Positions 36,834-47,800 of a DNA stretch of 64,000 nucleotides are shown here, piece by piece. The first letter of the stretch is position 1. Every line of letters begins with the position of its first letter. The notes below the pieces were generated by a model. The model searched no databases and was not told where the DNA came from. It was given only the letters and a program-made list of their open reading frames with translations. Position numbers and translations under genes: made by a program. The stretch lies in the NCBI RefSeq assembly GCF_046119375.1, contig NW_027362762.1:708040001-708104000 (forward strand), read 5' to 3'. The stretch is from Phyllobates terribilis (Eukaryota).

Positions 36834-39098
36834 GTACAGCAGAGTACAAGCTGTATATAGTTGTCCGTCGGGGCACAGTGAACTGTTGCTAATATAGTCC
36901 CCGTTGGGACCAGCGAATTGAACTGTTACCCGTATTTCCCTTAATCCCACTGACCGAGGACTGAGAGCGGTCATCCCTATTCCCATTAGCTGGCCGAGGA
37001 CTGAGAGCGGCCCTACTACCCCTTTGTATATAGTTGCGCTTCCTAAAGCGCCCCCTACCGGTTTTATAGGAAAACCATTTTTCTAAGAGAAACTGTTGCA
37101 CTTTTCCCGGGCACACGTTGCACAGTGTCCGGAGGAGGAACCAGAAACAAGAATGTTAATATGAAAAGTTTTATGATGCTGCTAATATATATGTTTTATA
37201 TGTTTTATTATGTTGTTTATGAAAAAAAAATTGTATGTTTGGATGATGTTTTATATCTTACAGCCCGAGGACGTGCTGTGATTTACCAGGGGGGAATGTA
37301 GCACCCTGAGGATTCGGCTGCTACAGGGGTATTGCACCTCAACCCAGAGGTGTGATATTCCACTCCCGGGTAAGGATGGAGTGTGGAACTGAGCTCAGAA
37401 AGCTGCATGCACTACACACATCCCATTTCCGAGGAGCAGACCAACGGTACTCCCACTTAGAAATGTGCAGGTACGACCGAGTCTGTTCCTGGCTGGAGTG
37501 GGAGGGGGGTGGTACATCCCAGTAGTGTAGGGGCAGATAGGGGGAGCAGCCTGGGTAAAGTTAGGAGCTCGTTGGGTGCTGGTCACCTGAGCTCACACAT
37601 AGAGGGAGTATATAAGGTGGGCACCATCTAAGATCAGGGTCAGTCTGTCAGCCTTTTGTCAGAGCAGAGCAGAGGAAGAGAGCAGAGGAGAAGAGCAGCT
37701 CCAAGGCCCAGAGAGAGAGAGGAGAGAAAGAGAGACCCAGAGGGGGAAACAAGAAGGAACTCTGAGAACCCACATACAAACTTAGGGTGAAGAGTTGGCA
37801 ATAGGGTACCGGATCCCAAACTGGTGGGGGCTAAAGCACACCTCAGCCAGAGACCGGAGGCCGTGGGCAGGAACTGCCACGGCCACCCACCACATCCACC
37901 CTGAAGGCAAACCACGTGTAGGGTCAGGGAACCTAAGGCCAAGGGTCTCCCAACAGAAGGCCCGAGGGAGCTGGACCTAGGTGGATCCCTGGTGGGGACG
38001 GCCAGAAGAAAGGACAAGAAGGAGGGCTCAGGGACACGCTCCGGACTTGCTTGGGGGTTGGCTGAATCCAGGACCTGGTGGACGCAGCACGGCTCGGGTG
38101 GTCACTTAAGGCCGGAGTGACCGGAATATCTGCAGTAAGTAAACACCCTGAACTGCACAACCCGACTCTGTCTTTAATTTTCATCTACGCTGCACCACCA
38201 CAACCCCCATCCTCTGCACCTGACCCCCTGAGGCCATACCCCTCCCGTTGGGGGTTATACTATCTAAAGCTGCACCAACACCATCAGCCTCAGCGGACCC
38301 TGCTGCAGCGGCGGCCATAGTGACCGCAATCCAACGGGTGGCGTAGTCGACATAACGAACTTTGTAACATCTGTAGGACTGCCACATACTCTGAGCTTGA
38401 CACCCTGGGCACGGACCGGGTCACAGCCACTCGGAGACTACAACCCCCATCTGATCCGGCTCCGGGTATTCCCCTAAAGAATATGGCCCAGGGGGCGCGT
38501 CAAAGGTATATCTGTATGTCCCAAATCTAGCGAGATACTCTTTTGTGACCCACAAAGACCTCCTGTATTGAGCCATATGAAAAATGCGTATTTCTTGTGA
38601 TTGCTATAATGTGCTGTGCAATTAACAGTCCCATTTTGTAGCTCATACAGTAATTCAAATATTGCTTTGTTATTTATTTCCAATGGACGATAGTTTAAAA
38701 GTAGCCGAAATTGAAAGCTGAGCTGCAAGATATTGTTTATGTCCCTTTAAATTTACCATTCTTTAACATAAACGTCTACTTTTAACATCACGCCAATTAT
38801 AATTCCAAAATTCAGAACAGATACATTTCTTAAAATATCTTTCTAGTTGTCGGAGCTTCTTTTTCTGATACAGACTTTCAAATCCTACGCACAGACATAC
38901 ATTGAAATGACACCATTCTCTCCACTCCTCTATAGGAGCTAGCTGTTTGCTGGTGATGTCACTGAATATTAGTAAACAATAAACTCATATGCTCCATCTA
39001 GTGGTGGTTAAAGGTAGCGAGCGTCTTATATTTTGTTTCTATGTGAACATAGGGGGGGTTTGAAGCTCCGCTTCAGAAGAACACAGCTTTGACTGCTA

Positions 39099-39675
39099 TT
39101 AACCCCTTCACGACCTTGAGATGTTCTGTTTTTCCTTTTTCATTTTTTGCTCCCATTTTTCGGGTTTTGGGGCTCGATGACAGCTTATTTTTTGTGCGCT
39201 GAGCTGATACCATTTTGGGATAGATACGATGTTTTGATCGCCTGTCATTGCATTTTGTTGAATGTTGCGGCAACCAAAAAAACGTAATTCTGGCATTCTA
39301 AGTTTTTTTCTCATTACTCCATTTACCGATTGGATTAATTCTTTTTTATATTCTGATAGATCGGGCATTTCTGAACGCAGCGATACCAAATATTTGTATT
39401 TTTTTTTCTTTATTATTATTTTATTTTGAATGGAGCAAAGCAGGGGTGATTTGAACTTTTATATTTTTTACGTTTTTTAAACATTTTTTAAACATTTTTT
39501 TACACTTTTTACTTCCTTCAATAGACTCCTAAGGAGACTTGAAGCTGTGGTCTTCTGAAAAATCAGATCAGTTGTCATGTGCCTGAAAAGATGTGGGCTC
39601 AGTTCCAGAGTCCGCATCAAAGGTAGGGAGGCGACCTATGACGTACCTATACGTCATAGGTCGCAAAGGGGTTAA
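39099..39675. mobile_element. Non-autonomous piggyBac-type element
   Basis: TTAACCCCTTCACGACC ... GGTCGCAAAGGGGTTAA termini with TTAA at both ends. Confidence 0.75.
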
Positions 39676-40703
39676 TATAAATTAAGAAATTAAAAATACA
39701 GTTCTAGCAAGGAAACTGTATTTTACCTTGACTCAGATAATAATGGGACATCACTGCTCAAAAAAAAAACAGTGTACTTCAATACCTAACTTGCTATAGG
39801 TCAATGGCTTCTGTTATCAAGATGTTGTGTGGTGAGTCATAATAACCATTTTTACATCTGTATGTGATCATTATCCCTATTTACAACATTTTCCAGAAAG
39901 GATACAGCAGTGAGACTGGAACTAGAGATGAGCGTAACGATCCGCGGTGGATCGACTTTGAATTGAATTTCTTGAAATTGGCAGGTCCCTGCAAATTAGA
40001 AAACTCTGCAATTTGATTTGTGAGTATTGGCCCCCCAAAAAATGGCCCACGCCATTTCATACACTGCTAAAGACTCAGGGAGTGGGCTATTGGCATGCAC
40101 CGTGACCTCGCGGGCTTCCCCATAATGTCCTGCAGTTATCACATCACATGGTCAGGAGGTTATCACAGGCAGTATATAAGATGGGGGCTGGCCAAGCAGA
40201 ACCATTTTATTCTTATAGAATGTAGGGATAGGAGGTCAGAGCGCATGGCTCTTTCCTCCTAGGGATAGAAAAAGGTCTCGTTCTCTATTTAACGCAAATC
40301 AAATTATAGGGGAAAATTTGACAAATTAATTTTTCAAATGATTTACCAAACTCTAACTGGAACTCATTGCACAACAGTCAGACGATACTCAATGGTGACA
40401 TACGGAGCAATCACCACTGATATTGCACACTGGACCTTCATTACATTAAATAAAGCAATTTTTGGATTGAAATATACCTCTATTACACTGAGATAGGTGA
40501 AGTGGTGACATTGATTTCGATTCAGCATGTATGAATATAAATGATATTGTTAGAATAAGCAGGCAAGAAAACAAATGAGACATCAGGAAAAAATTGAACA
40601 TTTTCTCAGTGAGTTGTTGTAATGCCATGTGTGGAGTATTATGTGTAAGACCCAAATTATAATCCTTTAATATGAAAATTGATACATGAAATCACTATCA
40701 ACT

Positions 40704-41491
40704 CTAATACAGTTCATCCCTAGGCTTCATGTTGAGTTTATATAAGATTTGATATCCATCATCCCAAGCATAGATCTGTTTTTCCTTGGGGTTGTATTTC
40801 ATGCTGGAATGAGATCCATAACGTTTGGGAAAGTAAACAATTGGGACATTTTCACTGGATATGGTGCCACTGACATCAAAGACACACTGAATACGAGAGC
40901 GGCTTGGGAGCTTGGTATTATATACTACATATAGAGTGCCGCACACCACAAAAGCACTTTCTGCATTTTCTATTGGGCATGGAGTATCCCATATCTGCTC
41001 AATGCCAAGGTTGCCTGGATCTAGTTTGGCCAAGCAAATGTTCTTTTCATTTTCCTTGGTGGCATAGATGACCCAGAGACCTTCTTCATCGGCCACTATG
41101 TCTATGTAGTTAAATTTGGACAGTCCATATACTGGTACTTGATCTTCAATGGGCAGAACTGCACTGTCAACCACCGTTCTGGCAGTCAGGTTGAATTTTA
41201 TAACCTGGAATTCCTCATCTTGCCGTATATAGTACAAATTGCCTCCATAAACAATGTGTCCTGTACCAATCCATGGATAAGGTAGCTTGATTCGAGGGAC
41301 TTTGCGTGTTGAAGATGTAAGAGTGAATTCCTTCATGCGGGAAAATACAAACACGGTATCATTGCCTGCTCCATCAAAGACATAGACCTTCTCGGAATTT
41401 CCAACTGGGTCCTTTGTCCAGAGGCCAGCGGTGCTTCCAAATCGCTTTAGTATTTTCATGGCATTCACTTGAGAAATAGTGTCACTGCAAT
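40704..41491 (-). CDS. OLFML3: Olfactomedin-like 3 (ONT1), last coding exon (olfactomedin domain)
   Basis: (D)CSDTISQVNAMKILKRFGSTAGLWTKDP..YIDIVADEEGLWVIYAT..WDTPCP..YFPKRYGSHSSMKYNPKEKQIYAWDDGYQILYKL..stop; acceptor cttacatAG at 41493-41492; phase 1 matches the upstream exon. Confidence 0.95.
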
Positions 41492-44030
41492 CTATGTAAG
41501 TAAAGAGGTTACAGGAGTAAAAAAAAATGAAAAAAATTAAGCAAAGCTTATAAAGTAACATTAGTCACCAAGAATTCCTGTAAGACCAGATTACACAGAG
41601 TGGTTGTAGTCTGCAACCATGGAAGCTCACAGATCTGTATTTGAGCTTTGCAAATAAAGCCATAGGATATTTTAGTCAAAGCAAAATGTTGAATTGCTTC
41701 AGTTTTTACATACCGAATGCACCAGAATACGATATATAGAATTAAGAATAAATATTAATTACATTATTGATACTTAAAAAGCACCTGTCATCAGGTGAAA
41801 AGCATTCGGCTTTTTTCTTATTTTATTCTGACTCCTCTCGTGAGTATTTTGATTTTTTTTTAATCTGCTATACAGTCCCAGAGATATCGGCATTTTTCAT
41901 TTAGTGCTATTTTTTTGGTCTTTATAATGGGGAGTGGCTCTAACAATTCCCCGGGGCGTACCGTTAGGCTGCTCTTCATAATTGTACTGTGAGTCGCACC
42001 CTCTTAGCTCTAAGTAAAAAAGCCCATATCCCTGGAACCATCTGGCAGATTTAAAAAAAAGGGAACTGAGTAATCAGGGGAGCAGCAAAAATACAATAAG
42101 AGCAAAAACTGCCCTCTTTAAAGTAATAAGCTGGCAAAAAAGCGCACTGTCAGTGTGAGTTGTCAGAATACGCAGAGTGCAGAGACCAGTGCCGCCCCCA
42201 CAAGTGATGTCACTTACGGGGGCGTCGCTGGTCTCTGCAAGTTAGGTGCTCATCTTACAACATGCACAGACAGTGTGCTCTGCTGCTAGCTTGTTACTAC
42301 TGATTAGAGACAGCGAGAGAGCACAGTGTCATTATGCATATTGCACAGTGTCAGTGCAGGGACTAGTCCAGCCCCTGATATGAAGGTCACTGATGAAGCA
42401 TCATTTCAGGGACAGGAAAGAGGTATCATCAAAAATGAAGTTGCAAAAAAAAAAAGAAAAGTAGTTAGATAGTGTAGTTAGGGAAAGATAAGGGAACTTT
42501 TAATTAAAGTATATAGAAAATAGATCAGATTGGGACTAAGGATGAAAATTAAGTTGTATTTCAGACACCTATTTAAAGATGTGTATTCATTCAGGGAGTT
42601 CTTTAAGAATTTGTAGTACGTGAAGTATTCTTTATTTTTATATAACCTTAGGTGCTGCAGAACCTCTTTTGTTTAAAGGAAATCTGTCATGTTGTAAATG
42701 GTATCTAATCTGCAGGCAGGATGTTATAAAGCAGGAGGAGGTGAATAGATTGATATACAGTATGTTTTTGAGTAAAAAGTTTCATCAAAAGTGAAATCTC
42801 TAGAGATTGTAGCATATGAGTCGATTGGCAGTCCTATTTAGTGATTGACAGTCATCCCTTTATGACTATGCATACAGAGATACAGTAGCTGTCAATCACT
42901 AGTGGGATAACCTACTGGACTCAAAGACATAAAAGCAACAGGGATTTCAGTGAATAAAAGTTATGCTGAATCTTTTCCCACAAACCTATATTTCATTCTG
43001 CTCAGCATGTCCTTCTCTTTACCATGCTGTCCATAGGACAGATGTACAGCAGTACAGAGTTTTTAGTGACTGACAGATCAATCTAGGATGATATTTCTAT
43101 AAATGTCAGATTTTGATGTCAATATATAATATTTACCGACAGGTCAATGGAATTTTCCTATTGCAATGCATATTACTGTGATTGCACATTATTTACATAA
43201 AACCAAAATATTTTAAGCTACACTTTTTCCTATTGAATTTGAAACAAATTTGAAAAGGAAATTTTACAAAAAAAAAAATGAAATGGGGTTAATGGAACCC
43301 ACTTACATGACTTCCGGATGGTGGGAGGACTCTGCATCACATCTGTTTCCACATTCTCTGCAACCTCAGCCTTTGGACAACCTATTATAACATGAGAGGT
43401 AGGTTCCACTAACCCCTGTGAATTTACAGTACACATGCAGTAATAGCCGTAGGTGAATTCATATAAGTGTACTCTTTCTTTTTACCACATCCAAATAGTA
43501 CAGCCAGTAAAGCGCACCGGTCAGCAGGATTGTTTCTCAGTAAACTACATACACTGTCAGGTGGGCGACATTACACTGATTAAAATGATACCTTGGTTGA
43601 TGAAATCCGTCCTGTGGTTCTTGAGTAATATTTACTTTCAGTTTGGAGATAATGATATGCTCATGCTCCGGGGCTGCCTGTGGGGGGCGCTCTATCTGGT
43701 GCTCTGCTTACTTATTCATCTGTATGCTCTTATGACAGCTCACTGTGCCTTCATTGACCTGTCTCCTATTTTACATAATGCATCTAGTAGCATGGGGCTA
43801 GGTAAAATAGGTAAAATTAGGAATTTGGAAATTAGGAGACTGAATTAAGTATGGTTTATTACCTGGTGAGCATGATGACACTCGATGAGACATACGGTAA
43901 CTACTATGGTATCCTTGAAGATCGGGTTACATAATCAGCCTGCAGCTATTGCCACTTATTTCAAGGCCATGGTTTCTATGGTAAATATATACAAGGATTG
44001 TCCCCAAAATTCTGTCAGTAAAACTCTTAC

Positions 44031-44310
44031 CTGTCAGCTTTTCATATTTTTCCTTCTTCTTCTTTTTCTCAAGGTGAAGCTCGGTCAATTTTTCATCTAT
44101 TTCTACACAAGATGGAGCTGGATTTTGAGTCTCCAAGTAGTCTACCTCTCTTTCGAGCCTGTCAACACGTACATTTGTGTTTTCCATCTCATTCCTTACT
44201 GTATCCCTCTCCTTCTCTATGTTCTCTAGCATCTTTAGGACCTGGTTCTTGAAGTCACGGAGTTCTGAGCTGTATCGACTGCTGTGATCATGCCATTGCG
44301 CAATTCTTTC
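44031..44310 (-). CDS. OLFML3: Olfactomedin-like 3, coiled-coil exon
   Basis: ERIAQWHDHSSRYSSELRDFKNQVLKMLENIEKERDTVRNEMENTNVRVDRLEREVDYLETQNPAPSCVEIDEK..EKLT; acceptor ggctttAG and donor G|GTAAGA; RVDRLEREVDYLETQNP is shared with mammalian OLFML3 as I recall it. Confidence 0.95.
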
Positions 44311-44822
44311 CTAAAGCCATACAAATTATTATTTAGAGCAATAAGGGGATTTTAATCAGTATGTAATCAGTAACAGTAGTTAAAATCTTAATCAAGTAAT
44401 AAGCATTCATCGAAATATTCAGAATGGTCCAGACATTTTATTTTAGACCTGAACAAAAAGAATTATAGAACATTACAAAGGAAAGACTAGACCGACACTT
44501 GCTTACTATATTTTGCAATTCTTAGTGCTTTATTCCTATGCATGCTTAGTTGGAGTTTATGTTTATGGTTTTTGTCCTGGGGGAGAGGTGTGGTGCTTCG
44601 AAACGCGTGGACAAAATAAAAACCGCAGAATATTTTAATGTGAATGTAAATCTGAATTGCCTTCATTCACCAGCAGCGCGGATCTTCCACATTTTTTCCT
44701 TCTACATTGTCTAGCTTGATCTCTGGACCCATGAACCTGCTGCAGCGGGGTTTGCATGCTTTTCTGGTGTGTGATCACGGCTTAATCTGGTTAGTGTAGC
44801 CTATATTTTTTTAATTGTTTTT

Positions 44823-47800
44823 TGTTAGAACTCTCCTGTTTTTTCTAGTTTGCTGGTCACATGACCATTTTCGCCTATTTAATCCGGCTCCACCCTCCTG
44901 GCCTTGCTGAACTTCATTGTATTTACTACTCTTGAGCTAGCTTGGTGCTCTGTTACCGTTCTCTGTTAGTTGTGCTAGGTCTTCGGACCTCTATGTTCTT
45001 TGTTGTGTGTTTGTCTTTGACTGCTACAATTTCTGCTAGGAGGTGTCCAACTTTATCCCAGTCCCTAGTTCTTGTAGGGATCCATCCCTTGCATCTATAG
45101 GTCCTCGTACAGACTAGCCGAGGACTTTAGTGGGTCTGATCGCAGGATCAGGTTCCCTGTTACATCGTAGGGATCCAGTTTAGTTCTATTGTAGGGACAG
45201 ATCTCCTGTCTTTCCTTAGTGCTTGTAGCAGATCATAACAGTAAGTCCAGCCCAAAAAATTTCTCTAAGGAAAGACCTCCAGTTTCCATCATGGTCTAGG
45301 TTCAAGATTTGGCCCAACGCTTGCAGGGACTCTCTCTGGAGGTGGCCGAGCTCCAACAACACGTGAGTAGCTGTTCTGGAGCACATTTGGTAGAGCCAAA
45401 GGTACATCTGCCTGATCTATTTTTTGGTGAACAACAAGATTTTTTTTCTTTCAAAAATGCTTGTTTATTGTATTTTCGTTTAAGACCAGGATCCTCTGGT
45501 AATGAATCACAGCGCATAGGGTTCATAATGTCACTTTTGCGCAAGGATCCTCAGGGATGGGCTTTTTCTCTCCAACCTAGTGATCCGTGCTTTAGATCAG
45601 TGGATAGTTTTTTTTCTGCTTTGGGTTTGTTGTATGATGATCCTGATCGTGTCTCATCTGCTGAGTCTGAATTGAGACGTTTGAGGCAGGGATCAGGTAA
45701 TGTGGAAAAGTATTGTTTTCACTTCCGTCGGTGGTCTGCCCAGGTGGGGTGGAACGATTCAGCTTTGAAAAGTTTGTTTCTTGCGGGGCTAGGTGAAAGG
45801 GTTAAAGATTTGCTGATTGCTTATCCCACACCTGGAAACTTGCAGGAGGCTATGCAATTAGCTATACGGGTGGACAGGAGACTGCGTGCAAGGGTTAATG
45901 AGAGCAAATCCTCTGCTATGTCAGCTCCGAGTCTTGAGAGGGTCTGTGCTGACAAAGGAGAGCCGATGGAGATTGGGGCGATGACACCCCGCTCTCAGGA
46001 AAAAGACTGCAGGCTTTCTGAAGGTTTGTGCTTCTATTGTGGAAATTCTGGTCATTTTATTAAGAACTGTGTGCTTCGTATGAACAAAGAAAAAAAAATG
46101 GTCAGTTATGCACGTATAGCCTGTTTAAATACAAAGGGAGTATTCCTATCTGCTACTACCGCTGCTCAGGAAGAATTAATTGAATTTCGGGTATTTGTGG
46201 ATTGTGGTTCTACTCTGAATGTGATTGATGGGGGATTCTTGGAAAAACTTACATTAAAACCTAAACCTTTGTCATCCCCTATTGCTGTGGTTTCTGTTGA
46301 TGGCTCTCCCTTGAAGAGTGTTACTCAAAAGGTCTGTGAGTTTCCCCTCACTATTAATGGTGTTCATCAAGAGAATTTGGATTTGGTAGTATTGAATAAT
46401 TTGCCTTCTCCAGTAATATTGGGGTTGCCCTGGTTAAAATTGCATAATCCTGTACTGGATTGGTCTACCAATGAAATTAAGTCCTGGAGCCCTAAATGTT
46501 ATGTCAAGTGTTGTAACGGACGTATTGCTGCGGTGGAAAAAGGGGAATTACCTGTACCTATTCAGGATTTTTGGAGAGTTTTTTCTGAGGAGGAGTCACA
46601 AATTTTGCCTCCCCATAGAGACTATGATTGTACCATTGAATTTGTCCCTGGAGCGACTCTTCCTAAAAGTCGTTTATTTAATCTTACTATTCCTGAGAGA
46701 AAGGCTTTGGAGGAATACATACAGACAAGCTTGGCCGCCGGTCACATTAGGCCTTCCAAGTCTCCTGTGGCTGTTGGATTTTTTTTTTGTTAAAAAAAAG
46801 AGGGCGGTTTACGTCCTTGTCTGGACTTTCGTGAGATTAATAAAATTACTGTACGCAATCCTTACCCACTGCCATTGATTCCTGATTTGTTTAACCAGTT
46901 AGTGGGGGCCAAGTGGTTCTCTAAAATTCATCTCCGGGGGGCATACAATTTGTTGCGCATGAAGGTGGGTGATGAATGGAAGACTGCTTTTAACACTCCT
47001 GTGGGTCATTTTGAGAATCTGGTTATGCCTTTTGGTCTTACCAATGCTCCAGCATTTTTTCAGAATCTTATTAATGACATCCTTAGACCTTTGATCGGCA
47101 AAAATGTGGTTGTGTATTTGGATGACATTCTGATTTATTCGCCTGATCTGGAGTCTCATTGGCGGAGCGTGCGTGAGGTTTTACAGTTATTAATGGACAA
47201 TTCGCTTTTTGCTAAGCTAGAGAAATGTGAGTTCGCTGTACAGAGAATTAGTTTTTTGGGTTACATTATCTCCAGTGAAGGTTTTGAGATGGACCCGGTT
47301 AAAGTTCAAGCTGTGCAGGAATGGCCTAGGCCTATTGGTTTGAAATCAATACAGAGGTTTTTGGGTTTCGCCAATTATTACAGAAAATTCATAAAAAAAT
47401 TTTCTATTATTGTCAAACCGCTGACCGATCTCACTAGGAAAGGTGCTAATGCGGTTCAGTGGACTTCTGAGGCCATTGAAGCTTTTGTGTTTCTAAAGGA
47501 GAGGTTCACCTCTGCTCCCATCCTTATGCAGCCTGATGTGACTAAGCCGTTTTTGGTTGAGGTTGATGCTTCTTCTGTGGGGGTTGGTGCGGTGTTGTCT
47601 CAGGAAAGCAAGGATGGAGTACATCCCTGTGCCTTTTTTTCAAAAAAATTTTCTGAGACTGAACTTAATTACGATATTGGTAATCGGGAATTACTGGCTA
47701 TTAAACTCGCATTTGAACACTGGCGTCATCTCTTGGAAGGTGCTGAATTTCCCATTCAGGTTTTCACTGATCATAAAAATCTGATCTATCTTGATGCTGC

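Larger units (their letters stand above)
33605..38502 (+). mobile_element. Young non-autonomous LTR retroelement (CSD family, lineage A)
   Basis: Two 1206-bp LTRs (33605-34810, 37297-38502) with only about 4 differences seen; TG..CA ends; 4-bp TSD AAGG; PBS 34815-34833; PPT AGGGGGGAA 37288-37296; no pol motifs in the 2.49-kb interior. Confidence 0.97.
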
